Source: a virus (Duplodnaviria; Caudoviricetes). From it: a DNA stretch of 59,352 nt. This document shows, piece by piece, positions 35,900-45,985 of the stretch. The position numbers and the translations under genes are program-made. Location of the stretch: positions 1 through 59,352 of IMG/VR virus record IMGVR_UViG_3300037276_000070; one strand, given 5' to 3'. Within the stretch, counting starts at the first letter, position 1. Each line of letters begins with the position of its first letter. The notes below the pieces were generated by a model, which saw only the letters and a list, made by a program, of their open reading frames with translations, was not told the DNA's origin and did no database searches.

Positions 35900-36076
35900 T
35901 TAGTATGGGCCTGCAACAGGAGTAGGTTCAATAGCAGCTTCCTCATCAGACTCCTCATCCTCTTTGTCGCCGCGAGCTGCTGCCTTTGCCGCCTTCTTCG
36001 CTTTGGCACTAGGCACCTTGTCGCGCAACCTGGCCATCAGCTCAGCTGCATTTGGGGTGTTAAAGGGGTCTGCCAT
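35900..36076 (-). CDS. 58-aa disordered protein (not in the ORF track)
   Basis: MADPFNTPNAAELMARLRDKVPSAKAKK...; AAGGAG RBS. Confidence 0.7.
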   Translation of the reverse strand: MADPFNTPNAAELMARLRDKVPSAKAKKAAKAAARGDKEDEESDEEAAIEPTPVAGPY

Positions 36077-36102
36077 ACTAGGCTCCTTGCTTGTGGAAGG
36101 GA

Positions 36103-36504
36103 TTAGAACCTGTTAAGGTACTCTGCTGCTTTGTGAACTACATCCTCGCCTAGTAATCCGATGCCTCTGTTGCAGGACATACATAGAATGGCTCGAACCT
36201 TCTTTGTCTTATGGTCATGGTCAACGGCAAATCGCTTCTTCTCAGCAGATTGTGGTTTACCGCAGCAGGCGCATAGTCCTTGCTGGGACTGAAAAAGTTC
36301 TTCATACTTAGCAACACATTCCATGGCAGATAGTTCTGGCCAAAACCGAGACTTCTTGAGACCAAGACCCCATTTATGTATGGGATTGAGTTTGCTCCAT
36401 AGCAGTTGTTTTGCCTTGCTACATGGTTTACATCGTCGCTCTTTCTTGAAATTATAGAACTCACTTGATTCTTTATACTCTTTACACTTTGAACACTTGA
36501 ACAT
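36103..36504 (-). CDS. Endonuclease VII-like HNH endonuclease
   Basis: CSKC..CKPC, QQGLCACCG and FAVDHDH...VRAILCMSCNRGIG motifs; AT-rich. Confidence 0.92.
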   Translation of the reverse strand: MFKCSKCKEYKESSEFYNFKKERRCKPCSKAKQLLWSKLNPIHKWGLGLKKSRFWPELSAMECVAKYEELFQSQQGLCACCGKPQSAEKKRFAVDHDHKTKKVRAILCMSCNRGIGLLGEDVVHKAAEYLNRF

Positions 36505-36510
36505 ATACAC

Positions 36511-36550
36511 CTCCACCTCTTAAGATACCAGAGATGGGAGTTATAGTCAA
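36511..36550 (-). promoter_or_regulatory. Promoter embedded in an RBS-sequestering hairpin
   Basis: TTGACT-17-TATCTT (36550-36522); the hairpin CTCCCATCTCT/AGAGGTGGAG covers the GGAG. Confidence 0.65.
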
Positions 36551-36584
36551 TTACCAACATTGTGTCCATATGTTTCATCAATAA

Positions 36585-37547
36585 TTAGAACCGGTTACCG
36601 AAGCGCCTCCCGACCCTTTCCCAGGCCGGGCTCGCAGACCGCACTCGCACGTAGGACTCTCGGCCCACCCACGACTCCTTGACCAGGTTCTGCATCTCCA
36701 GCCTGACCTTCTCACCCAGCTCTGACGTCATGCCAAGCTTCGTGTTCAGAATCTCAGAAGCAGCCATATTTATCAGGTAATTGGAGAATGGCTTCTTGAG
36801 CACAGGAATACAGGTGCCGTCTACAGTACATAGGAGGTCATCTGGCCCGACGGTCGGGGGGATACCTGACCCAATCGGCTGGTCCAAGACTACCTGCCGG
36901 TTTGGCAATGTTTTGAACGTGATTGTGTTATTGGTGATACTCTGTATCTGAGCTGTACCTTTCGTATTCCCTGTCCTATAGTCGACAAAGTTCACATACG
37001 AAGAGGTCTGACTGGCATCTGTTGTCAAGGCCGTCCCGACCGCATCGACAATCACATAGTTCTGCGCCAGATTGACACCAGTAACCGTTCCCTGCTCTAG
37101 CACCAAGGGAGGAGGGTCTTTGAGGTACCAGACTCGCAGCGGGTACGCCCCAGTTGGAGAGGGATACAGGCGGAAGACGTCCCCAATCTCAGAGTAGAAC
37201 AAGGGGATAGAGGTATGCGCCGTCGTCTCAAGAAGGGTAGCATCTCGGTAGGACTGCCGCTTCACCGGCTGGAATAAGCCGTTCTGAATCTGCACTTCCA
37301 CCTTCTCAAGCCGATTCTCAAATGCGGTCCTTGGAATCGGATATTCCTGAGCAGTGGTAAGCGGCACGAATTCATAGGCCAGCAGCGGGCTCTCGTAGTG
37401 GCGTGCCAAGATGTTGGCAGCAACGTCCTGAGCTCTGTTTAGCGCAGGGATGATGTCTGACTCATCTGACACGCTGGTCGCATTGTTCTCGTCGATAAGC
37501 GACCGTACATCAGCGACCAGATTCGAGGTTGTAAGTAACCTTGCCAT
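36585..37547 (-). CDS. Head-tail adaptor protein
   Basis: L...VR.LIDE...LNRAQ, EY.IP and RLYPSP....L.VWY pattern; synteny. Confidence 0.75.
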   Translation of the reverse strand: MARLLTTSNLVADVRSLIDENNATSVSDESDIIPALNRAQDVAANILARHYESPLLAYEFVPLTTAQEYPIPRTAFENRLEKVEVQIQNGLFQPVKRQSYRDATLLETTAHTSIPLFYSEIGDVFRLYPSPTGAYPLRVWYLKDPPPLVLEQGTVTGVNLAQNYVIVDAVGTALTTDASQTSSYVNFVDYRTGNTKGTAQIQSITNNTITFKTLPNRQVVLDQPIGSGIPPTVGPDDLLCTVDGTCIPVLKKPFSNYLINMAASEILNTKLGMTSELGEKVRLEMQNLVKESWVGRESYVRVRSASPAWERVGRRFGNRF

Positions 37548-37593
37548 CTGGATTCCTTATGCATTAGGTCAGACCGGTTCAGACCGGTTCAGA

Positions 37594-38046
37594 CTAGGAC
37601 TCTTCAGCTGCCTCATCTGACTCCTCTTTATAGTCAGAGGCTTCCTCATCGACGCCCTTGGACTTGTCGAGATGCTCGCCGGCAGGGTGCCCACGGCGCT
37701 TCAGCTCATGCAGCAAGTCCTCATCGGACATGTCAGCCAGCTTGTCATCTTCAGCCGCCTTCTCATGCTTCCCTTCCGTTTCCTCATGGTCAGGGGTGCC
37801 CTCGTCGCCTTCGCCAGAGGAGCCAATGTCCCCGTCAGCAGCGCGGCCCACTTCACGGGCGCTGGCACCTGCATCAGCACTGTCGTTGCGAGACTTGTTG
37901 TCCACGTCCCCGTCGCCGGCATCAGGGGCATCGGTAGGGATGTCAAACATTGGGTCAGCTTCACTCTTGCCCTTAGCCGACTTGGCTGGAGGGGGTGACT
38001 TCATCTTAGCCTTCATTTGCTTGAGGGCTTCTTTACTTAGTGCCAT
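37594..38046 (-). CDS. Acidic disordered protein
   Basis: AAGGAG RBS; basic N-terminus, D/E-rich body and an SDEDLLHELKRRG helix. Confidence 0.75.
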   Translation of the reverse strand: MALSKEALKQMKAKMKSPPPAKSAKGKSEADPMFDIPTDAPDAGDGDVDNKSRNDSADAGASAREVGRAADGDIGSSGEGDEGTPDHEETEGKHEKAAEDDKLADMSDEDLLHELKRRGHPAGEHLDKSKGVDEEASDYKEESDEAAEES

Positions 38047-38071
38047 TCTCGGTCTCCTTGTGGCGCATGGC

Positions 38072-38254
38072 CTATTTTAGGAAGGTCAGATGTGCTAGCT
38101 TGCCAGTTACGCCTAGTAGCACTATCCATAGGTATTTAAGGTGGGACTTAACCCAGGCAACGTCCGTGGTGGTTGAGGCCGTCGTCGTCAGGTGGGAGTC
38201 CAGCTTGTCCTCGATGCGGGTAAGCCGTTCACGTATCTCTTGTAAGGATTCCAT
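38072..38254 (-). CDS. Small coiled-coil plus TM protein (XhlA/holin-like)
   Basis: ERLTRIEDKLD followed by a C-terminal hydrophobic helix. Confidence 0.65.
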   Translation of the reverse strand: MESLQEIRERLTRIEDKLDSHLTTTASTTTDVAWVKSHLKYLWIVLLGVTGKLAHLTFLK

Positions 38255-38259
38255 TGGTC

Positions 38260-38288
38260 AGATTACCTCATTCCTTGAGGGATGTCAA
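38260..38288 (-). promoter_or_regulatory. sigma70-type promoter, probably giving a leaderless mRNA
   Basis: TTGACA-17-TAATCT; the ATG lies 5 nt after the -10. Confidence 0.65.
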
Positions 38289-39160
38289 GGGCTAAGTAGT
38301 ATGTGCAATACCAGGAGCTTATGGACGTAGGCATAGGCAGGCAGAGAGCCCCGCACATAGGACGGAGGAGAGTAGGAGGGGCTCAGTATTAGGGCGGCAG
38401 CAGTCGAGCTATTCCCAGCCACAGCTTGTGCCAGGGCATCCCCAGAGGCCCCTACTAGCAGGCTGTCTGCTACCAGTTGGTCGGCTTCACCGAAGCTACC
38501 TAATTCCCTCTCCCCAGCCAGACTGAGAAGGGCCAGATGCAGGGAGGAGTCATTTTGAGGAGGTCCATATACAATGGGCGTGTGCAGCCAAGGCTCGGCC
38601 GGACTCCCGCCCAGCTGCCAAACCGCCATAGCCATGAGGCTCCTCTGTCCAGGCTTCATCTCAACGTAGGCCAGGTCAGTCACTACAGCATCTGGAGTTC
38701 CGACAATCCCCCCGTTGTCCTCGGTGTACGATTGGAGGAGTTCCAGGCTGGCCGCGTCTCTGGCCCCGTAGAGACCAAGGATGGTACCAAGCTGCATGTC
38801 TGTGGAGGTGGTGTGTGAGGCTCCACCAGGGGCACCAGGAGGAGGGCAATCATGGCCAGGCTCTCTGGTAGGCCTGCCATCCGGTTGAAGCGCCAGAGCA
38901 ATGTTCACAGATGAGGCGCCGGCAAAAGCGGCCTCTCCTGCCCACAAGGCGCCGTCGCAGTCGGAAGCGGATGGCCACCCAGAGGATGGGTCTGATGCCC
39001 CTGACAGTTGACTGAGGGTCTCAGCTTGAGCTGCGCGTAGGTCAGAGACAGGCAGGGAGGTCTCCGACTTCGCTGTACCTCTGGTACCGCAGCCTAGTAG
39101 GAGTAAGCAGATGGCAAGTATCTGGCGCACGTCAGCGAATCCGTATTGCAGTAAAGGCAT
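38285..39160 (-). CDS. Lipoprotein of unknown function
   Basis: Lipobox-like LLLLGC, DCDG and TSTDM motifs, helical body. Confidence 0.7.
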   Translation of the reverse strand: MPLLQYGFADVRQILAICLLLLGCGTRGTAKSETSLPVSDLRAAQAETLSQLSGASDPSSGWPSASDCDGALWAGEAAFAGASSVNIALALQPDGRPTREPGHDCPPPGAPGGASHTTSTDMQLGTILGLYGARDAASLELLQSYTEDNGGIVGTPDAVVTDLAYVEMKPGQRSLMAMAVWQLGGSPAEPWLHTPIVYGPPQNDSSLHLALLSLAGERELGSFGEADQLVADSLLVGASGDALAQAVAGNSSTAAALILSPSYSPPSYVRGSLPAYAYVHKLLVLHILLSP

Positions 39161-39177
39161 AGTTACCTGTCTACCTT

Positions 39178-40848
39178 TTATAAAGCTATTACTTGAACTT
39201 GAGCATAGGCTGTATGCTGCGTATTTGTACCACTAGATGAATTTGCACAAGTTGCTTGAACTATAAATGTTTGATTGGCTGCAGTTACGTTTATGTAAAA
39301 TACATCCGTATCTGAGAAATTATTAGCATTAGGAACACCAACCGATTGGAATGTACTACTAAGATAATAAGCGGTGGCAGTACCAGAATAGTTAAAATTC
39401 TGTAACCAGTTTGTATAAAGGTTTCCATGGGTACAATACACATTAGCAATAATCTGATATCGTCCCACATTGGCGAATGTAAAAGTCATCGTACCATTGG
39501 TGAGAGATGTGCCGCTAGTAACAGTAGTACTGCTGCCAGTGGTTACAGTCAATCCAGTTACACCGTTGGTTTTTGCGGTACCAGTTTGGGCATTAGTGGT
39601 AGTTCCAGCGGTATCCACAGGATTCCATGAATTGAAAGAATATACAGCAGGAGCATTTCCAGAATACCCACCGCTGAATGTTTGAGCCCCACTCCAAGTA
39701 ATGGTCGAACTTGTTGGTAGGTCCGAAGCGACAATGGTGGCCCAACCAGGAGCTGCACTTACAGAGCCAGTACCGGTCTGAGTAAGGAACTGCTTAGTGG
39801 TGGTCGTGTTGCCGGCCAGTCGTGCAGCTGTAGGAGTGGCATTCTCATAGATGATGTCACCCAACGTGGTCATCGGGTTGGTCAATGTGGTAACCCAGGA
39901 AGCACTGGTACCATTGGTACCTAGCACATTCCCTGACTGACCGGTCTGCGACGGTAGTATGTTTGTCAGAGCTGTGGACTGAGAAGTGCCACCAGTCCCC
40001 CCATTTGCCAGCGGGAGGGTACCAGTCACCCCAGTCGTCAACGAGACATTGGTTATGGTATTGGATGCCCCGCTGATGGTCTTGTTGGTAAGCGTTTGAG
40101 TAGCAGCCAGGACAGCCAACGTGTCAGTAGCAGCAGGGGCAGTGAGGGTATGTGTCCCGTCTGGGGAGAAGCTTGCCATCACCACACCGGTAGCCGTGTT
40201 GGTACTGCCAAGCGTCTTATTGGAGAGGGTCTCGGTGCCGGACAGCGTGGCCAGAGTGCCTGACGTCGGGAGGGTGACCGCAGTATTAGCAGAGAGGGTT
40301 AGCCCCAGCGAGTAGTTGCCAGTGAACGTGAGCGTGTTGGCTGCTCCGTTCGCAACCCCCGTTCCCCCGTTGGCTGGAGCAACCGTTCCCGTCAGCGCTG
40401 AGGTCGGAAGTCCAGTTGCATTAGCCAGGTTGATGGCACTAGGGGTTCCCAAGTTGGGAGTAGTCAGTGTTGGACTGGTCGACAGGACCGTACTACCGGT
40501 ACCTGTACTTGTGGTAGTTCCAGTCCCTCCATTGAGGACGGCTAGGGTGCCAGTTACCCCAGTTGACAGAGGCAGGCCGGTCACATTAGTCATCACACCA
40601 GAGGCTGGAGTACCAAGAGCTGGAGTGGTCAGTGTCGGACTTGTCAGAGTCTTATTTGTCAGTGTTTGTGGCAGAGTGACCATCACAACCGTATCTGTGT
40701 TGGCCGTGGTGGAGGAGCCCAAGTCAGGCAGGTTAGCCGTCTGGGTTCCAGAAGTCTGGGTCGAGCTCGATGCCAAGCTAACAGCTCCACCTGTTGACAG
40801 GCGGAACTGTGCTGCGACTAGCTCTGAGAGTGTACCATATAACTTCAT
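39178..40848 (-). CDS. Tail fibre protein with AT-rich C-terminal domain
   Basis: QTLTNKT, GTL...NGGTG and TTLGDIIY repeats; T/S/G-rich. Confidence 0.85.
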   Translation of the reverse strand: MKLYGTLSELVAAQFRLSTGGAVSLASSSTQTSGTQTANLPDLGSSTTANTDTVVMVTLPQTLTNKTLTSPTLTTPALGTPASGVMTNVTGLPLSTGVTGTLAVLNGGTGTTTSTGTGSTVLSTSPTLTTPNLGTPSAINLANATGLPTSALTGTVAPANGGTGVANGAANTLTFTGNYSLGLTLSANTAVTLPTSGTLATLSGTETLSNKTLGSTNTATGVVMASFSPDGTHTLTAPAATDTLAVLAATQTLTNKTISGASNTITNVSLTTGVTGTLPLANGGTGGTSQSTALTNILPSQTGQSGNVLGTNGTSASWVTTLTNPMTTLGDIIYENATPTAARLAGNTTTTKQFLTQTGTGSVSAAPGWATIVASDLPTSSTITWSGAQTFSGGYSGNAPAVYSFNSWNPVDTAGTTTNAQTGTAKTNGVTGLTVTTGSSTTVTSGTSLTNGTMTFTFANVGRYQIIANVYCTHGNLYTNWLQNFNYSGTATAYYLSSTFQSVGVPNANNFSDTDVFYINVTAANQTFIVQATCANSSSGTNTQHTAYAQVQVIAL

Positions 40849-40862
40849 TCAAATATTCCTTT

Positions 40863-43800
40863 CTAGACTGCTAGAATGAGCACACGCCAGGAGGTGGCAG
40901 GTGGGGCCGAGGAGGCAATGAGGGTAACCTGGCTAGTGGAGATACGCTCTACATGGTCCATCTGGATGGTGTCACCGGTCGATATGTCAAACACCTGGAT
41001 GATGAGGTCGGTACTGGCCAAGCCGTGAGACACCGTTAGAGATGAGCCAGAAGCGGTTACCCAGGTCGTCTTGTAGGATGGAAGGGTGTAGGAGGAGCCA
41101 CTTGTCCAGGCCGGAGCTCCTGACACCATGGTCAACACTTGACCGTTGGAGGCATTAGCCAGCGAGGTCACCTGATTCGAGGCACCAGCAAGGAGGACCG
41201 TGTTCGGGGTCAAAGAGGAGAGAGTTAGCTGACTGCCCGTTGCCGCACCAAAGGTGGGAGTCAGTAGGGGAAGGGTGAATATGTCTATTGTAGACGTGTT
41301 GCCCGGGGCTATCCCATAGTCACCGGCGTACAGATAGCCACCCTGTATGGTTATGCCACCAAAGGGGGAAGAAGCAGGCCCAGCTGTCACGGTGTTGATG
41401 AGAACAGGAGAGGAGCGGGTAGTAACGTCATACATGAATATGGCGCCACCATAGGTCGAGTTCGCCCCGGCAGCCATGAACAGGTAGTTACCATATGGAA
41501 CTGGGACAACGCCGGCAGGGATGGTGTAGCCGCTTGGAATCGTCACATGTGTCAACTCAGACATTGATGAAGGAGTTGTGACGTCCACCACGTTGAACTG
41601 CTGTACCCCAGTGGTGATAGACACATAAGCAGTGGTACCAGCTGCATTAATGGACACAGCAAGCGCTTCGCCCAATCCGGTCAGGGTTAGGCTCTGTAGG
41701 AGACTTGGCACCCCAACTGTCCCGCCACCGGTCAAGGTCCAGGAGTTCAGTAGACGAGTACCATAGGGCGATGTGGAGTACTGGGTGGTGTACAAGGTGG
41801 TTCCATAGACGGCCACCCCAAACGACTTGCCAGACCCTTGTGAGTAGGTGATTACGGGGGAAGTGAGTGTGCCACCCCCGATGCCGTTCCCAATGTCGAT
41901 GACCTGAAGGCCTGTGCTCTGACGTGCAACATAGACCATGCCGTTAGCATAGGCCAAGTTGTACATAGAGCCGCCCGCACTGCCAGTACCAAATGTGGTA
42001 GTGATGGTGGGGGAGTACGGATTCGACATGTTGAGGATGTACAGGTTGTAGCCACCAGACGAGGCCACAATTATATAGTCAACACCACCGATTACTGCAT
42101 GAACTGCATTGTAGGCACCAAGCAGGGTAGGCGAGTTGCCAAGCCACACCGGGGCTGCCGTATTCGTAACGTCGAAGATGCCAATGGTCGAAGCTGCTGC
42201 TCCAATTGTCGCACCATAAGTACGGCCATTGAGAGCTGTGTAAACTAGTACATTGTTGACCTTCGCACCTGATGTCGGATTGAGGGTCTGACTTAGCAGA
42301 GAGAACGGCTGGTAGAACGGCTTCGACTGGTCCACGTAGGTCCAAGAGCCCGTAGCTGCCAGAAAGTCTCCGGCCGCCTTGGTACCGGCTGCCGGAGCAG
42401 GTACCAGCCCCTGCACGCCGCCAGAGCCGCTATCGCCAGTGAAGGCAGGGAGCATAGCCGCTACTTGAGCAGAGGTAAGGTCTAAGGCGTTTGCCGTGCT
42501 GCCTGTATTGTTGCCCTTCAGTGTGCCGGCAGCCATCTGGGCCGCCTTGGCATTCGTGACAGCATTGGCTGCAATGGTGGTAGCGAAGGAGCCTGTGCCA
42601 GTGCCAGTGACATCTCCGGTTAGCGAGATGGTCTGGTCCCCAGTATTGGTACCTGAGCTTGACCCTGAGAAGTTGCTACCTGAGATGGCACCAGATGCTG
42701 CAACGCTTGTCGGAGTAATTGCCCCAAGTGTCAAGCTGATTGCCGGCGTGGTCGTCGCAGTCGCAACCGTCCCGCTTACCCCGTTGGCAGTTGTGACACT
42801 CACCGAGGTAACGGTACCAGAACCCTTATTGTTGAACGTTGTCCAATCGGCAGCAGCCAGGAGACCAGGTTGTGTACCAGAGGCAGTCTGAACGTCAACA
42901 GTCACATTCGGACCAACTGTGCTATTGGCCCCTGAGCCTACTGTTACACCGGTCGTCGAGGTGCTTATGCTTCCGAAGGTAAGAGCTGCCTGCTTTGCAT
43001 TGAACGTTGTCCAGTCAGCAGAAGCCAGATATCCGGCCTGACTGCCTGTGGCAACCGGCATGCTAAGAGTCAGGTCGCTGGAAAGAGCCCCGCCACCAGT
43101 CAAAGGGGCAGTAGTATTCACATTCCGTGTGGTCAGAACGTAGGAGCCAGCTGGCTGCTTATTGTTGAAGGTAGTCCAGTCGGCGGCAGCTAAGAGGCCA
43201 GGCTGTGTCGCCGAGGCGGTCTGAACATCAACCGAGACGTTCGGTCCTACTGTAGACCCAGTACCTCCGGTAACACTTACACCAGTAGTAGCCGTACTCA
43301 CATTGCCAGGAGTGAAGGGAGCGGCATAAGGCAAGGCAGGAATGTCGGCAGCCACGAGAGAGCGGAAGCCTGGAGTGGCAGAGGCACCTGAAGTAGGTCC
43401 GGCCCAGACGGCATGGGCAGCTTGTGCGACGGCAGCAAAGGTGAGAGTCCCTGACAGAGTGACGGGGGACCCAGTTACTGTGAATAGGTCGGAGGGGGCG
43501 ACCAAGCCGACTGAAGTAACAGAGCCAGCTCCCCCTGACTTCCAGTACATATCGTTGGCGCCATCAGTGGCAAGAATCTGACCAGCTAATCCGGCGGTAG
43601 ATGGAAGCCGGAACGTGAGGTTACTGGACTGCCCAGATTGGGCTGCCTGAAGTAGGGTGGTATAGCCGCCAACCGACCATTGGACCCCATTCGTGGTCTG
43701 TATCAGCTGATTGGCGAAGTTAGGGTTGACCTTACTTCCATCTATGGCAGCACTAGAGGATACATCTGAGTTGACGATGCCGCCTGTTAGAGAGAGCTTG

Positions 43801-44966
43801 GAGTAGGCAATGCCAGCAGTTCCACTTACATCCGAATTGACGATGCCGCCTGTCAAAGAGAGCTTGGAGTAGGTGATACCCGCTGTTCCACTCACATCCG
43901 AATTGGTGATGCCACCAGACAGAGAGAGAGCCCCATACGGTATGTTGCTGAAGGTATTCGTCGACCCTGACATGGACTTGTTAGAGACCGTGACAGAGTT
44001 AGAGTCAGAGAGGACAGTACCAGAGGAAGGGAAGGAGGCGGTGCCAGAAACCCCTGTACCTCCCAGGCCAACGGGAAGGGCCGAGGTTGTCGTGAGCACT
44101 CCACCAGGGCTGGTGACTACTGCCTGGCTTCCGGCCAGAGCAGCAAGCTTGGCATAGGGGATGGCAGCACTGGATGAGATGTCAGAGCCTAGGATGCTTC
44201 CGCCCAGATTGAGCTTAGAATAAGCCACTCCGGCCGTAGCAGAGATATCCCCATTGACAATGCTGTTTCCAAGCGAGGTCTTCGAGTAGGGCAGACTGAA
44301 GCCTGGAGACAGGTCGGTCAGCTGCAGGCTGCCAGTTAGAGACAGGTTCGCATACGTAATGCCAGCAGAGCCGGACAGGTTGGCATTTGTTATGCCGGTG
44401 AGGCTATTGGCCCCAGCAGCGATGGTCTTGTTGGTAAGAGTCTCAGAGCCGGACAGGGTCACTAAGGTGCCGGCAATAGGCAGCTGGACCGAGGAGGGGC
44501 CGGCGCTATTGAGCGTCACGTCGCCACCAAGGACTGACAGATTCCCGCCAAGGACTAGGGAGCGATTTGCCCCCTGCATGGCCATGGTGAGTGTTCTAGG
44601 AGTCGTATCAGCGCTGCCGCCGCCGGCCGTAGAGTTGTAGGATAGGAGCAGGCTGCCTGCAGAAGGTGCACTGTCTCCGAGGGAGAAGCCACCAGATAGA
44701 CCGAGGCTATTAGCATAGATGAGGAGATTGGTTAGCGGTTGGCTTGCTTGCCCAAGTTGGATGGTGCCGCCGACACCAGAGCCTTCAACACTGGCATCAT
44801 TGGCCGTGATGATGACCGAGGACTTGCCTCTGACCAGCGTGTTCCCGTTAGAGTCGGTCTGTACTGTACTGGCCTGCGCATCCAGGACGAGCAGGTTGTA
44901 CTGAGCATTCGCCGTCAGGTTGGAGTCTAGACGAAGCCGAAGATTGGGGCTGAGCGTATACGCCAC
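40863..44966 (-). CDS. Long tail fibre/spike with 20-aa shaft repeats and an LVIVD-like beta-propeller
   Basis: I.N.D.S..A.I.YSKL repeats, three DWTTFN.K repeats, and IFDVTN.AAP / VVDVTTPSS blades. Confidence 0.85.
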   Translation of the reverse strand: MAYTLSPNLRLRLDSNLTANAQYNLLVLDAQASTVQTDSNGNTLVRGKSSVIITANDASVEGSGVGGTIQLGQASQPLTNLLIYANSLGLSGGFSLGDSAPSAGSLLLSYNSTAGGGSADTTPRTLTMAMQGANRSLVLGGNLSVLGGDVTLNSAGPSSVQLPIAGTLVTLSGSETLTNKTIAAGANSLTGITNANLSGSAGITYANLSLTGSLQLTDLSPGFSLPYSKTSLGNSIVNGDISATAGVAYSKLNLGGSILGSDISSSAAIPYAKLAALAGSQAVVTSPGGVLTTTSALPVGLGGTGVSGTASFPSSGTVLSDSNSVTVSNKSMSGSTNTFSNIPYGALSLSGGITNSDVSGTAGITYSKLSLTGGIVNSDVSGTAGIAYSKLSLTGGIVNSDVSSSAAIDGSKVNPNFANQLIQTTNGVQWSVGGYTTLLQAAQSGQSSNLTFRLPSTAGLAGQILATDGANDMYWKSGGAGSVTSVGLVAPSDLFTVTGSPVTLSGTLTFAAVAQAAHAVWAGPTSGASATPGFRSLVAADIPALPYAAPFTPGNVSTATTGVSVTGGTGSTVGPNVSVDVQTASATQPGLLAAADWTTFNNKQPAGSYVLTTRNVNTTAPLTGGGALSSDLTLSMPVATGSQAGYLASADWTTFNAKQAALTFGSISTSTTGVTVGSGANSTVGPNVTVDVQTASGTQPGLLAAADWTTFNNKGSGTVTSVSVTTANGVSGTVATATTTPAISLTLGAITPTSVAASGAISGSNFSGSSSGTNTGDQTISLTGDVTGTGTGSFATTIAANAVTNAKAAQMAAGTLKGNNTGSTANALDLTSAQVAAMLPAFTGDSGSGGVQGLVPAPAAGTKAAGDFLAATGSWTYVDQSKPFYQPFSLLSQTLNPTSGAKVNNVLVYTALNGRTYGATIGAAASTIGIFDVTNTAAPVWLGNSPTLLGAYNAVHAVIGGVDYIIVASSGGYNLYILNMSNPYSPTITTTFGTGSAGGSMYNLAYANGMVYVARQSTGLQVIDIGNGIGGGTLTSPVITYSQGSGKSFGVAVYGTTLYTTQYSTSPYGTRLLNSWTLTGGGTVGVPSLLQSLTLTGLGEALAVSINAAGTTAYVSITTGVQQFNVVDVTTPSSMSELTHVTIPSGYTIPAGVVPVPYGNYLFMAAGANSTYGGAIFMYDVTTRSSPVLINTVTAGPASSPFGGITIQGGYLYAGDYGIAPGNTSTIDIFTLPLLTPTFGAATGSQLTLSSLTPNTVLLAGASNQVTSLANASNGQVLTMVSGAPAWTSGSSYTLPSYKTTWVTASGSSLTVSHGLASTDLIIQVFDISTGDTIQMDHVERISTSQVTLIASSAPPATSWRVLILAV

Positions 44967-45109
44967 GTGTGTATCCCTTTAGTCCTAGTGAGGCCCTACC
45001 CAGCAGACCGAATGTCACTGGAATCGGGGGGCAGAAAGTGGTGCCGGTCTTTTAGCCATGCGGAGACCAACCAAGAACCGCACGGGGCCCGCAGGCTCCC
45101 TAGCTTGGC

Positions 45110-45985
45110 TTAGGCGGATTGGACGTAGCGGATGAACCAGGTCACCTTGCCTGCCGTGAGGACAGCACCAGCAATGGTTGCCTGAAGGTTCTGAGTGGCC
45201 GTAGCCTTCTTGAGGAGGTCAGTGCTGGCCGTGGTGGGGCTTTCCCAGATTTGGCCGCTAGAGGCGCTGGAGAGTGTAGGAGCAAGGGCGCCATCAGTTG
45301 CACCGGTAAGCTGAAGAGTGCCGCTGCCCACAAGGGCGGTCTGCACGTCAGTAATGACTTCGGTCACGATGGCCGCAGCTGGCAACTGTTGGCCTAGGGC
45401 GATGGCTCCGATGGCTCCACCATTGACCGAGAAGTTGTAGGTAACTGCTAGAGTCTTGGCAACTCCGCCGCTTGACTGGACAGCCAACTGGTCGAGAGCA
45501 CCTTGCACCGTGGTAGGCTGGGTCACATAGCCTGAAGAGGCTCCTGAGACGACCGAGCCTGGAACGTATGAGGTGACAGACTGGATGACCTTATCTTCCC
45601 TCTTGTTGAACTTGCGGGCAGGGTAACGGCCAGCACGTGCAGCTTGGGCAAGAGGAGGAATAGCTTGGGGGGTGGGATAGTTGCCGCTGGACGGCTGATT
45701 CGCATCACTCGACGGGTATGCCGAGAAGTTGCCATTGCCGCCATCACTCAGGCTGATGGCCGAGCCGCCGGACGTAGCACTGAGTTGGAATGTGGTGCTG
45801 CTGGCCGAGATGACGTAGTACTTGGTTTGTTGAACAAGGGGAGTCGGAAGGGCGCCCGGGTTCTCAAGCACTAGGTAGAGCTCTTGGCCATTGCTAAGAG
45901 CAGCTGGTGAGTTGTAGGTGAAGGTGGATGTGCCCACGTTCACGCCTGATGGGGTCGTGATGATTAGAGGATATACGATTGACAT
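45110..45985 (-). CDS. Capsid decoration / minor structural protein
   Basis: Directly downstream of MCP; C-terminal LPA.AIV...TAGKV....RY pattern. Confidence 0.65.
   Translation of the reverse strand: MSIVYPLIITTPSGVNVGTSTFTYNSPAALSNGQELYLVLENPGALPTPLVQQTKYYVISASSTTFQLSATSGGSAISLSDGGNGNFSAYPSSDANQPSSGNYPTPQAIPPLAQAARAGRYPARKFNKREDKVIQSVTSYVPGSVVSGASSGYVTQPTTVQGALDQLAVQSSGGVAKTLAVTYNFSVNGGAIGAIALGQQLPAAAIVTEVITDVQTALVGSGTLQLTGATDGALAPTLSSASSGQIWESPTTASTDLLKKATATQNLQATIAGAVLTAGKVTWFIRYVQSA

Noticed and set aside
37570-37594. CAGACCGGTT tandem duplication
   Set aside because: It is only ~2.5 copies of 10 bp in a short spacer, with no functional evidence.
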